DNA from: Macrostomum lignano | Lineage: Eukaryota | Direction of reading: 5' to 3' | Length of the DNA: 64,000 nucleotides | NCBI GenBank assembly: GCA_002269645.1 | Contig: NIVC01000723.1 | Coordinates: 1-64,000 of the forward strand | Position numbers and translations under genes: made by a program | Shown here: positions 13,101-24,074 of the stretch, piece after piece | How positions within the stretch are numbered: the stretch's first letter is position 1 | How the letters are laid out: the number at the start of each line of letters is the position of its first letter | Notes under the pieces: model-generated | What the model was told of the DNA's origin: nothing | Seen by the model: only the letters and a program-made list of their open reading frames with translations | Database searches by the model: none

Positions 13101-13997
13101 CCAAACGGATCCTGAATTCAATCCCTAACTCCCAGATCCCATAGTACAATAGAATCCCAGTGCAGTTGGTTATAAAATACGCGTGCCTTTCAATGCCGGG
13201 GCGCTCAGTGCTAAGCCGGCGCAACAATGAGCTACTCTTGCTACTTATTTAACCCGTTGAAAACGTTACCGCGACAAGAATTGCTAGAGAGTCATTGCAA
13301 ACGACTCAAACGCCGTAAAATTGACTCTGACGACTATTTGATGACTTGTACCGGGACATCTCGTCATTTTAGAGTCTTGTAGAGTCACTTCTGTCCTATT
13401 TCACCTGGTTCAGTGTTACCTGCAGCGGCTTTGGGACGCTTCTTGGCCCCGGTACTGTTTTCATCGGGTTATAGTTTACATAGCTATCAGCACACTGTTA
13501 AAGCTTATTAATAATGCTAATGTATTCGTCTGTCGTTAATATTCTAGCACTGACGTGTGCTCACGGGAATTCACTAAAAATTCGTATCCATTATCACTTT
13601 ATTTATTCTGTATCCAAGATCTTTGTATGCAGCGAATCTTGCTTGTCTGTCTACTATGCTTTTGGTAGGCTCTTATTTAATTTTGAATATGCACATTTGT
13701 ATCGAAATTTTGCATTCAATCTTATTTTCTTGTCCGTAATTTAGTGTCCGACCAACCTCAGTTCGATGCCCAGCCTTTTGTACATGTATGAAACTTAATG
13801 TTAAAAATCAATTCCAAACATTTTCGCGCCCTATTACTGCTGCTTTGTACTAATCCTTGATTTTTCGAGCGGTGAGAAACCGGTTATTTTATCTCGGTTT
13901 CCTGCTTTATTTGCTTTGGCCCACTGGCTGCTTTTGTTAATCTATCAAATAACTATCTTGTTCTTCTCAGAGAAGAATTGACCAATTTGAGTCATTG

Positions 13998-15467
13998 AAA
14001 AATCGCCCCCTGAACCATTTAGAAAATCGCCCCCTGAACCATTTAGAAAATCGCCCCTGAACCATTTAGAAAATCGCCCCTGAACCATTTAGAAAATCGT
14101 CCCCTGAACCATTTAGAGAATCGCCCCTGAATCACTTAGAAAATCGCCCTGAACCATTTAGAAAATCGCCCCTGAACCATTTAGAAAATCGCCCCTGAAC
14201 CACTTAGAAAATCGCTCCTGAACCATTTAGAGAATCGCCCCTGAACCATTTAGAAAATCGCCCCCTGAACCATTTAAAAAATCGCCCCCTGAACCACTTA
14301 GAAAATCGCCCCCTGAACCATTTAGAAAATCGCCCCCTGAACCATTTAGAAAATCGCCCCCTGAACCATTTAGAAAATCGCCCCCTGAACCACTTAGAAA
14401 ATCGCCCCTGAACCACTTAGAAAATCGCCCCCTGAACCACTTAGAAAATCGCCCCCTGAACCACTTAGAAAATCGCCCCTGAACCACTTAGAAAATCGCC
14501 CCCTGAACCATTTAGAAAATCGCCCCCTGAACCATTTAGAAAATCGCCCCTTAACCATTTAGAGAATCGCCCCCTGAACCATTTAGAAAATCGCCCCTGA
14601 ACCATTTAGAGAATCGCCCCTGAACCATTTAGAAAATCGCCCCTGAACCACTTAGAAAATCGCTCCTGAACCATTTAGAGAATCGCCCCTGAACCATTTA
14701 GAAAATCGCCCCCTGAACCATTTAGAAAATCGCCCCTGAACCATTTAGAAAATCGCCCCCTGAACCATTTAGAAAATCGCCCCCTGAACCATTTAGAAAA
14801 TCGCCCCCTGAACCATTTAGAAAATCGCCCCCTGAACCATTTAGAAAATCGCCCCCTGAACCATTTAGAAAATCGCCCCCTGAACCACTTAGAAAATCGC
14901 CCCCTGAACCACTTAGAAAATCGCCCCTGAATCATTTAGAGAATCGCCCCCTGAACCATTTAGAAAATCGCCCCCTGAACCATTTAGAAAATCGCCCCCT
15001 GAACCATTTAGAAAATCGCCCCCTGAACCATTTAGAAAATCGCCCCCTGAACCATTTAAAAAATCGCCCCCTGAACCATTTAGAAAATCGCCCCCTGAAC
15101 CATTTAGAAAATCGCCCCCTGAACCACTTAGAAAATCGCCCCTGAACCATTTAGAAAATCGCCCCTGAACCACTTAGAAAATCGCCCCTGAACCATTTAG
15201 AAAATCGCCCCCTGAACCATTTAGAAAATCGCCCCCTGAACCATTTAGAAAATCGCCCCATGAACCATTTAGAGAATCGCCCCTGAACCATTTAGAAAAT
15301 CGCCCCATGAACCATTTAGAAAATCGCCCCCTGAACCATTTAGAAAATCGCCCCATGAACCATTTAGAAAATCGCCCCCTGAACCATTTAGAAAATCGCC
15401 CCCTGAACCACTTAGAAAATCGCCCTCTGAACCATTTAAAATAACGCCCTTTAGAAAATCGCCCTTT
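13998..15467. repeat. 23-24 bp satellite (GAAAATCGCCCCCTGAACCATTTA)n, ~60 copies
   Basis: Direct reading; unit length varies in the C run. Confidence 0.95.
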
Positions 15468-15608
15468 TAGCCTGGCACCCAAACTGAAATAAGCTTGCCC
15501 TAGCCGCGCAGTATCAATCAATCGGCATTGTGTACAGAGTCAACAGCAGGCTCTCTGGTTACTAATGCAATGGTATATCTGCATCATTAAGTAGTATCAG
15601 CGTGAATG

Positions 15609-16910
15609 TGAAGTACAGTTCTCGTTGTTGGTGGTCTCTTATTTTGTCTCGGGTGGCCTAGCCGTAGGTCTTGGAATCCCACCGCTGCCACCAATGAAGT
15701 ACAGTTCTCGTTGTTGGTGGTCTCTTATTTTGTCTCGGGTGGCCTAGCCGTAGGTCTTGGAATCCCACCGCTGCCACCAGTGAAGTACAGGTGTCTTGCC
15801 TGTGGTTGTCTAGAGGCCTTCAATAGGAACGCTGCCCCGGTGAAGTACAGTTGCTTGAGCTCCTCTGGGAAGTCTCCGGGTTGATCTAGCGTTGGTAGTG
15901 CTGCCACCAGCTTCGCAGAGTCGCAGCCTTCGGTGAGGTGCTGAGCTCGTAGAAGCAAATAACTAAGACGAGAGAAAGAGACTCGCACTTCGTGCAGATT
16001 TAGCAGTTCTCGCGCAGAGGTGCCCACCGTCAGCAGTCCCTGCCGGGCTGGTGCGGGGTGAGAGCGAAAGTGCTAGCTTCGGGCGATCCGAGCTGGCCTG
16101 CTAATTGATAGCAGGAACAATCAGAGCCAGAGGCAGTCACGCGCAAAGTCGGGAGTCTTGGAGTTCAACTTAAGCGTCAACTTGGCACACAACTTAGAGT
16201 TCGCTAGAAACGAAACGGAAGGAACGCTAGGAAAGCTTGGAAAGCTAGGAACGCGAGGAACGGTAGGAACGCTGAAAACGCAGAAACGAGAGGCTGAAAC
16301 GGAAGGGCCGGTTAACGGAAGGAAAGAAAGGCTTGTCTGAGCCAAGCCAGGAGAGGGGCTGCATTTATAGGGAGGATCGATTGCACCATAGCACGAAAGG
16401 CCCCCGCTGAGAGTCATAAGTGACTCTGTTGCTAATTTTAGCAACAAACAAGCGGGCCCTGCCTCAGAGGAGGCAAGGGGGGGTCCGGGCGCACGTGATC
16501 TCCCCATAAACACGAGCCCAGCGTACAATGATGAAATCATTGCACTTTGGACTAAAGAAGGAAGAGGGCCTTGTCATGTGACTGACTCACATGACAAGGG
16601 GAAAAGGCCCACAAGTGAAGGCACTCGTGACCGTGGGACCGGAAAACAGGAAGGCACTCCAAATTTGGAGATGCCTGACAGAGAACGAAACAGAGGCAGG
16701 CCAGACCAAGCTGTCTGGGCACTGCAAAAAGGGAAAGCGAGACAAAAGGGGCAAACGAGGACAAACAGACAGACAGACAAACGGGCAGAGGACAGGCCAG
16801 GGACAGGCGGGAGGGACAGGCAACTGCCCAGCGGCAGACAGAAACCTGGGGAGAAGGCGAGGGCAACAGCTGACTAGTGCGGCGCCTAACTAAACTAGCG
16901 ACTCACTACA
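15609..16910 (-). repeat. 3' LTR
   Basis: Direct repeat of 24075-25376 with TG...CA termini on the element strand. Confidence 0.95.
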
Positions 16911-16921
16911 CTCTCCCCGTT
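16911..16921 (-). promoter_or_regulatory. polypurine tract
   Basis: AACGGGGAGAG on the - strand immediately before the TGTAGT start of the 3' LTR. Confidence 0.85.
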
Positions 16922-17311
16922 CAAATAAAGAGGCGGAGTGAAGCGGCGCGCGCTTTATTTAAAACAAAGTAAACGTGAATTTACTGACAAAAGAAAACAC
17001 ACAAAATTTCAAATGCGCTCGTGAAATTGCGCGACTGGCCAGGTCGTAAAGATAGTGGCCTGATACCGCGGGGCGCCAACCCGCTAATAGCCTGCGCCTA
17101 ACTATTCCTCGTGCTCCAGCCCGCAAAATTAGTGCTCGAATTTGGTGTGGGGGCGCCGGCCCACCCTAGAAATGGCGCCTAAATATTGCGCGGGCGATAC
17201 CTGAATACACAAGCCAACCGGCTTAAAATTCCTGCATAAGGGCGCTTAACTAGCGCGGCAAACGGGGCAACTTCATTGTCAACAGGGCGTACATCAGCGT
17301 ACGGCCGCCAA

Positions 17312-18373
17312 TCAGTCAAAATAGCACAGACGCGGAGTCATCAAGAGCATCGGCAGGTCTTCTTCCCCGCCGCCCATGAATCGGGCAACGCGGACGGCCG
17401 CCAGGTGGAGAGCGTACGGCCGGTTCGGCCGCTCCAGGTCGGGGCCGGCCAGGCCGACCGCCTCCGCGAATAACCGGCTCCTCTCCTCGGCCGTGGTTTG
17501 ACGGAGCTCCGCCCAGATCGGGCCACCGAGGTCAACGATTTCTCCGCCTTGCCGAGCCGCTCTGACGAGTACAGCGCTTATCAGGTTGGCGCCGGCAGCG
17601 ATGACGGTAGCTCGGTATTCCGGTATTGGCGACTCCGTTTGAGTGCCGGTATCGAGCGTTTCCGCCGGACGTTCGGGCGATGGTGGCGGGGCCCTGGGCA
17701 GGGTGCGGCGCAGCGACGCGGCCAGGTCGGTCCAAACAGCTGAGGAGCATGCGGCCGCTCCCTGAGTGTCATCGGTCCAAGACATCGGAGACGGGGCCGC
17801 GTCGGGATGCCTGGCGTCGTCGAGATCCCCTCCGCGTTCATCTGTTCCGCCGGGCCTGCCGTGGTGCTCCGACCCGACTCGCTCACGGGCCGCCGGCCGA
17901 GCCCCGTCGATGTCTGGAAGGGAATTGCGGACTTGGAGGCGGATGTCCGCCAAGCCCCGCATCACCTGCTGTTCCAGCTGCACGTAAGCCAAAGCGGCCG
18001 CGATCCGGTCGACCATGAGTGTCCGCGCAGTCGCGTCTGGCGATGGCGAGTCGCGCGTGAGGTCGATGACTTCGGGCGAGTGTCGTTGACCCGAGCGGGG
18101 TGTTGAGCTGCATGGCTCTCCAGAACGGGCGAAGGGCTTCGCCTGGGTGCCGATGTTCGGAGTGGCCTCCCATTCCGCCTCTGGGGCTCGGGGACGGCGT
18201 GCGACGGTGAGGGCGCCGATCAACCTGGCGCGTCGGCCTCGCCGAGCCGTTGCCTTCAGCCCTGAGTCTCCGGTTAATTGTCTCCAGCGGGCGCCGCGGG
18301 ATCCCCATGGTCTCTGGCGAGACCGGGGTACCAGGTCGGCGCCGGCTACGGCTAGGCCGCCCTTGCTCCGCAT
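17312..18373 (-). CDS. accessory ORF of the LTR element (353 aa as annotated; true start uncertain), unknown function
   Basis: Open frame overlapping the pol 3' end and stopping ~400 bp before the PPT. Contains EVIDLT, EIVDL, DTGTQTE, a predicted coiled-coil-like segment and a helical-looking C-terminus. No signal peptide or TM, so not env. Confidence 0.6.
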   Translation of the reverse strand: MRSKGGLAVAGADLVPRSRQRPWGSRGARWRQLTGDSGLKATARRGRRARLIGALTVARRPRAPEAEWEATPNIGTQAKPFARSGEPCSSTPRSGQRHSPEVIDLTRDSPSPDATARTLMVDRIAAALAYVQLEQQVMRGLADIRLQVRNSLPDIDGARPAARERVGSEHHGRPGGTDERGGDLDDARHPDAAPSPMSWTDDTQGAAACSSAVWTDLAASLRRTLPRAPPPSPERPAETLDTGTQTESPIPEYRATVIAAGANLISAVLVRAARQGGEIVDLGGPIWAELRQTTAEERSRLFAEAVGLAGPDLERPNRPYALHLAAVRVARFMGGGEEDLPMLLMTPRLCYFD

Positions 18374-21300
18374 CGGACGAGGAGCTTGAGCTCACGTGGA
18401 GCGGACGCTTGTGCATTTCTGCGCTGCAAGGTTTTAATTTGTGCACACGCATGCGGGCGGTGCGACTAACGTACGTTTTGGCCCTAGGATCGCTAATCAG
18501 AAGCCTCTCGGGCGGCCTCCGATCCCTAACTGGCCTACCTACCACTACTGGTATGGGAGACGCTTCCACCGGAGTGGTGCAAGAAGGTGGCGCAGGAGAC
18601 TGCGCCGCAGAAAAAGGTTCGGGAAGGGGGGACGCGTGGGCAGGTGAAAAAGAAGCAGCAGGTGCAGACGCATTCAAACCAGGCACACCATCATGGCGAT
18701 CACCATACGGCAGTGGCTCACGCCGAAATGCACTTGCCTGGTTCGCTGGTGTCGTGACCGGTCCACCTCCTGGCTGCACATCCGGGATCGCCAACGGCCG
18801 GAAGCGCCACCGGAAGGCCGGCCATGCGTCATCATCATCATCGTCCTCGTCGGGATCGTCCTCCGGGATCGGTGTCAGGGTCGCGGGTCCTGCACCGTCC
18901 GGGACATCAGTCGACCTGCGGCGTTTCTTGGCCTGGTCGACTTCTGGATCCGAAGTCAGCTGGTAGTCGGCATCAGGGACGAGTAGCAGATTCCGGCGAT
19001 GGACTACTAGCTCGTCGCGCCTGGCCCGCGGGTTTGGCACTCTACGGCGAATCTTGTAGACGACCTCGCCCTTGGGTTCGACTACCTCGTACAGCGCTTT
19101 GCGAGGTCGATGGAACTTCGCCGCTTCATCCGGTTCGAGCATGATAAAGTTCTCGGTGACACGGGCTAATCCGGGCCTCCAGAATCGTTCACGTAGCCGC
19201 TTCAACGTCTTCGTCTGGCCGAGGTGTCCACACAGTGGCGAACTGTGGAGCTCCTGGAGCACCTGGGCATCTAGAGCTTCGGGCAGGACAACCTTCGGGG
19301 GCTGCTGGCCATCAGTCAGATCGATCATCAGCAGGCCGTTGTCCTCTCGCAGATTATCATAATATCCGAGCAGATTCCGCTGCTCCTTCGTCAGTCGCAA
19401 CCGGGCGTCGAACTCAGGCTTCAGGGCTTTGTTCTCGACCAAGTTGAGCACGTAGCTGATTGCTCGGTCGGCGCGCTGCGCGTCGACAAACTGTTGCCGC
19501 GTCATCGGCATCCTCAGAAAATCAGTGAGCACGGCGCGGCATGGCTGAGGGTTCCGGATTTCCTCAGTCTCCGCTTCTGTGGCTCGCAGTTGATCACGCG
19601 ACTCCGTCTTGTCGGCGTCAGGATTAGGTCGCTCCGAGGGACTTTGTCTCACAACGTCGGCGTACGATCGCTGATCTCGTTTCGAAGTTCTCATCGTCGC
19701 TCTCTTGACAGGAATTTCCGCAGCTGGAGCAGTGCACTTGCCTCCACTGCACAGCCCAGGCGACTCTTGGCTGTAGGGCGAGACGCAACACGTGAAGCAC
19801 GCCTCGTCGCAGGCAGCCGTAGCCGTCGGCTCGATCATCGTCGTCATTGGGTGAGTCTTCTCCAGCACTGGGCGGTGTCGCAAAGGGGGACTCGACTTTC
19901 CGCACAGGCGATGAGCAGCTGTCTGTCGGCTCGGGGGACAGAGCGTTGACCTTGCAGCCGTCGCGAGAGTCTGGCCTCTGTCAACACGGCGAGAACTCTC
20001 AGCGCAAAACTCCGGGGAGTTGAACTTACATTGCTGGTCTGGATTCGCGTTGTGGGCTGTCATCAGAAGGGCTGCTTGTTCAGTGGCCTCTGAGTCGTGG
20101 TCCATGGGCGTCTCCAGATTCCGAGACCCGCAGTCTTGGACATCATCAAGGAGGTCTACGTCAGCAGTGGCCTCCGAGGTTTTGTCCGGGCGAATCTCCA
20201 AGTAACGGCAGTCGGCGTGGGCGTCGTTGCGGAGGGCTGAGGTGTCAGTGGCCTCCGGGTTGGTGTCCAAACCGGTCTCCAGGCGTTGACTGCAGCGATG
20301 GTCGTCGTGCTGAAGGGCTGCTGGCGCAGTGGCCTCCAGGTCTTCGGCCAGGGCAGTTTCGGCCTCCTTGTTGCGAGTGTGGACCTTCTTCGTGCGGGCT
20401 GCTCTCGCAGTGGCCTCACGTGTGGTGTCCAATTCCGGCTCCAGGCTGGTGTCATCACCGGGTCGGGCTGCAGAACCGGGGTGCTCCAGCAGTCGGCCAT
20501 GTTCGAAGTCAACCGGTGGTGTCTCCGGGCGTCTTGACAGGGCGTCAGCGTTGGCGTGGTCCTTGCCTTTGCGATGGTGAAGCTGGAAGCGGAACTCGCT
20601 TAATCGCTCAATCCAACGGCCCAAGATGCCTGTGACCTGCGTCTGGTTCAGCAGCCACAGCAAGGCCCGATGGTCAGAACGAACTTCAAACTTCTTGCCG
20701 ATTAAATAATGACGGAAATGTCGCATCGCGTCCACGATTGCAAGCAGCTCTTTCTTCGTGACCGTGTAGCGCTTCTCAGGATCACGAAGCTTCCGGCTAA
20801 AGAATGCAATTGGGCGCTCGACGCCGTCGGATTGCCGTTGTCCAAGACAAGCGCCTATGCGAATGTCTGAGGCATCCGTGTCTAGGACAAACTTCACATT
20901 AGGATCTGAGTTAAACTCAGGCAGAGCGAGAACTTCAGTCGAACACAACTTCTTCTTCAACGTGTCGAACGCTACCTGGTGCTCATCAGTCCAATGCTGC
21001 CGCAGGCTGCCGATGTCCTTTCGAGTCAGGGCATGTAGCGGCGCAGCAAATCCAGCGTAGCCGTTGACAAACTTGTGGTAGTAATTGGCGAGGCCTAGGA
21101 ATTGTCTCAGTTGAGTAACGGACTGTGGCACGGGCCAATCACGGATCTGCGCAATCTTGTCCTCACAGGTCTTCAGGCCGTCGGGAGTCACGACGTGGCC
21201 TAGATAATGCAGCTCCTTGAGGAACAAATGGCACTTCTTCGGCTTGACCTTGAGGTTGGCTGCGATAATCCGCTGGAGTACAGTCCGCAGGTTGTCCAGC

Positions 21301-22920
21301 TGCTCCTCGAAGGTCACAGAGTGCACCACGATGTCATCCATGTAGCCAAGCGCAGTCTTTGGCGTCAGGCCGTCCAGGAGCTTATTGATGCAACGCTGAA
21401 AGCTGCCTGGACTATCGTGGAGACCCATCGGTAGAACATTGAAACAGAATTGTCCGCGGTCAATCACAGAGAACGCCGTCAGGTGCTGATCGCAGTCGCG
21501 CAGCGGGATCTGCCAGAATCCTTGAGCGAGATCCAAGCTAGAGTACCACTGGGCACCACGCAGCTTCGCGAAGGTCTCCTGAATGTGCGGCAGCGGGTAC
21601 GGGTGGTACACACACTTGTCGTTGAGAGCTCTGAAGTCATGCACCAGCCTGATGTTTCCGTCCTTCTTGGGCACTATCAGCATTGGCGAGTTGTAGCTAG
21701 AATAAGCTGGGCGAATGATGTGCTTCGCCAGCATCTCGTCTAGCAGGGCGTCTAGCTTGTCCTTCAGATGAGGCGGGATCCTGCGCGGTGGTAGCGCAAC
21801 TGGTGTCCGATCCTTCAGGATGATCTCGTGGGTCACCAGGTGTGTCAGGCCAGCGTCTAGCAGATGCTTCGAGAAGGCTGCTTGACACTCAACTAGTAGA
21901 TCTCGCACTCTCTGTCGTTGATCTTCGGACAGCTCGCTGTTGATCTCGACTTCCTCTAGCCAAGCTGTGCTGGACTCTTCAGGGCTCCTTGGCAAATGTC
22001 GCACTTCAGGTTCCGGCGTCTCTTCCAGGTACATCAGGTCGGCAGTTCTAAGTGGTGTCGCAACCCAACGCGGATGCCCGACTGCAGGAACACCTCACAG
22101 TCAGCAGTGTTGACGACCTCGATGTAGCCTCGACCTTCAGGCATAGTCATCAGAGCTGGAGCTGCTTCCAGAGTGTTGCAGCTGGGGTGCAGTCTCGACT
22201 TCACCAGCTCGACGATTGATGGCGATCCTCGGTTCTCGGGTGGCCGACATCCAACTGGACGGCCAACAGCGCTGAGCTTCTCGGCGGCAGAGTGCACTTC
22301 TCGGAGGTGTACACCCGGCATGATTGAAGCTCACGGCGCGAATAGCGAACGGGAATGCACGCGCCATTGTTGAACTTTAACATTCCTTGCGCAAAGTCCA
22401 AGTTTTGGCAGTGTTCACGCATGAAATTAATACCAAGCAAATTTTCACAATCGGTGACCGTGACCAGGAATTCGGTGTCCGCGACGACATCACCAAACTC
22501 CACCGGGATGATCACCTTACACGCAAGGGGTAGCTGCGTACCGTCGTACATGGTCACGCAATCCGGGATAGCATGCGATATGATACAACGAGGCATCCGA
22601 CGTCTAACATTGGCCCAGGTCGACGCTCCAAGAAAGTTTTTCCGACTGCCGCTGTCTAGTAGGAAAGGGACTTCTCGGCCCGCCAATCGGCCGGTGACGT
22701 ACGGATCAGCCTCACGCGCATGGATTTTTTGATCATCGGAGGTGTCCACGAAACCTCCGGGCTCAGCCTCACTTACTGATGAGCGACTGTCGGACTGGGC
22801 ATTGGCGCCTGCGCAGCCGACATCCTCTTCTTCTGGTGAGCGTTCGGAGTCTGCCAAGTAGCCGGGGCTTGGGCTCTGCGGAGGGCGTTGCCGTGGGCGC
22901 TCTCCGTCTCGCCGTTTCCC
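17883..22920 (-). CDS. pol: pol polyprotein (aspartic protease, RT, RNase H, partial integrase) with two single-base frameshifts
   Basis: Protease FLLDSGS (ORF 22201..22941), RT GYMDD, RNase H VLDTDAS, integrase HH zinc motif (LHSSPLCGHLG) and C-terminal module. Adding one base in the C/G runs at ~22238-22240 and ~22064-22066 fuses three ORFs into one frame. Confidence 0.92.
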
Positions 22921-23942
22921 TGGTTCTGGCGTAACGGGCACTGTGCATTGCGATGACCAGGCTGACCGCAGCCATAGCAGATCATGACTTTCGAAGGCGG
23001 ACTCGTCTTCTGCTGCTGGTCACGCTGCACCAGGTTGTCTAGCAGTCGCTGCTGTTTCTCTAGCAGATCAGTCAGAGCCAGGAGAGCTTGAGCGGTGGCG
23101 TCGGGCGTCGGGTCACCGTCGCGCTCCCCGTTCAGCATGCGAACCGGGGGTTGAGCAGAGCGCTGCGCCAGTTCCTTGGCGCCTTCCAGACGATGGAGTT
23201 CTCGAATAGCGGCCAGCAGATTGTTCGGGCGGACCCAATAGAGCCGCTCGCGCAGATCTGGTGTCGTCCTGATGCCAGCTAGGAACTGATCAGCCAGCTC
23301 CCGCTCTCGATCCTCAGGGTGCATTCGAGGGTACGCTCGCTCTCCCAAGGTGCGCAGGGCATCAGCGTACTCTTCTGCTGACTCATTCTTGCCTTGCTGA
23401 CGGCGCCTCAGCAGCTCTCGATATTCATCCGCGCCACCGTGGCGGGCGAATCTCTCGATCAGTCGCTGCCTGACCTCCTCGTAGCCAGCATAGCGTGGGA
23501 GGTGCATACTGAGCAGAGCCGGGTAAGCGGTTGCCAGATCTAGACTCGCAACGAGGTGCTGCTTCATCTCGATCGGGTCTTCGATACGCTCCATCTCGCA
23601 GCGCTGCTCGAACGCGGCGAGCCAGACGTGGATGTCCTGGCTGGGCGTGTACTTTACAATCTTAACAGATTTGCTTACCGGCCGCTCCATCTGCTGCTGC
23701 AGAGCTGCCATCATCGTTCTCACATCCTGGGGCCTGATGTTCTGGCCGAGGTCGTCCAAACCTGGCAGAAGCTCGTCTGGCGGGTCTTCGGACACTTCGC
23801 TTCTCGCACTTCGCCGCGGCATCTGCTGACCAAGGTCGTTGACCGCTGCTGCTGCGGCAGCCGATGCTGCTGCAGGTCTCGAACTGCTGATGTGCTGATC
23901 CAGCCGGCTGCTGCACCGGCTCTCTTCTCTCTCGTTAAACAT
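22773..23942 (-). CDS. gag: Gag (389 aa) with CCHC zinc knuckle
   Basis: CYGCGQPGHRNAQC (CX2CX4HX4C), capsid-like WLAAFE and LADQFLAGI segments. ATG lies ~110 nt after the PBS. Confidence 0.92.
   Translation of the reverse strand: MFNEREESRCSSRLDQHISSSRPAAASAAAAAAVNDLGQQMPRRSARSEVSEDPPDELLPGLDDLGQNIRPQDVRTMMAALQQQMERPVSKSVKIVKYTPSQDIHVWLAAFEQRCEMERIEDPIEMKQHLVASLDLATAYPALLSMHLPRYAGYEEVRQRLIERFARHGGADEYRELLRRRQQGKNESAEEYADALRTLGERAYPRMHPEDRERELADQFLAGIRTTPDLRERLYWVRPNNLLAAIRELHRLEGAKELAQRSAQPPVRMLNGERDGDPTPDATAQALLALTDLLEKQQRLLDNLVQRDQQQKTSPPSKVMICYGCGQPGHRNAQCPLRQNQGNGETESAHGNALRRAQAPATWQTPNAHQKKRMSAAQAPMPSPTVAHQ
22879..22920 (-). promoter_or_regulatory. -1 programmed ribosomal frameshift signal (G GGA AAC plus hairpin)
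   Basis: Heptamer at 22920-22914 in the gag frame (QGN). A -1 shift enters the protease frame (GKRRDGERP). After a 7-nt spacer comes the stem CGGAG-AGCG...CGC-C-CTCCG (22906-22879). Confidence 0.75.
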
Positions 23943-24051
23943 TTCAAATTAGTAGAATAGCCGAATTCTTACTCGAAAGAGCGGTTGTCTTGGGTGTAGT
24001 AGTAGTCGAATCTTGACTTGTCGGATCCCAGATAGTCGTGTCGTTGACTCG

Positions 24052-24073
24052 TCGAATCCCACCGCTGCCACCA
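24052..24073 (-). promoter_or_regulatory. primer binding site complementary to the tRNA-Leu 3' end
   Basis: TGGTGGCAGCGGTGGGATTCGA, 1 nt after the LTR CA end. It matches the conserved metazoan tRNA-Leu(AAG/TAG) end TCGAATCCCACCGCTGCCA-CCA. Confidence 0.9.
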
Positions 24074-24074
24074 G

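Noticed and set aside
13998-15467. Similarity of the satellite unit GAAAATCGCCCCCTG to the LINE target GAAATCCCCCTG
   Set aside because: A short, low-complexity match 23 kb away, plausibly chance.
12299-15521. Multiple repetitive ORFs
   Set aside because: Satellite-derived, with no unique coding sequence.
15609-15910. Repeat-spacer pattern resembling a CRISPR array
   Set aside because: It lies inside eukaryotic LTRs, the repeats are PBS/att junctions, two spacers are identical, and there are no cas genes.
15725-16893. Short ORFs duplicated in both LTRs
   Set aside because: Chance ORFs in GC-rich LTR sequence; used only as evidence of LTR identity.
17312-18373. Accessory ORF as an env gene
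   Set aside because: No signal peptide, furin site followed by a fusion peptide, or TM anchor.
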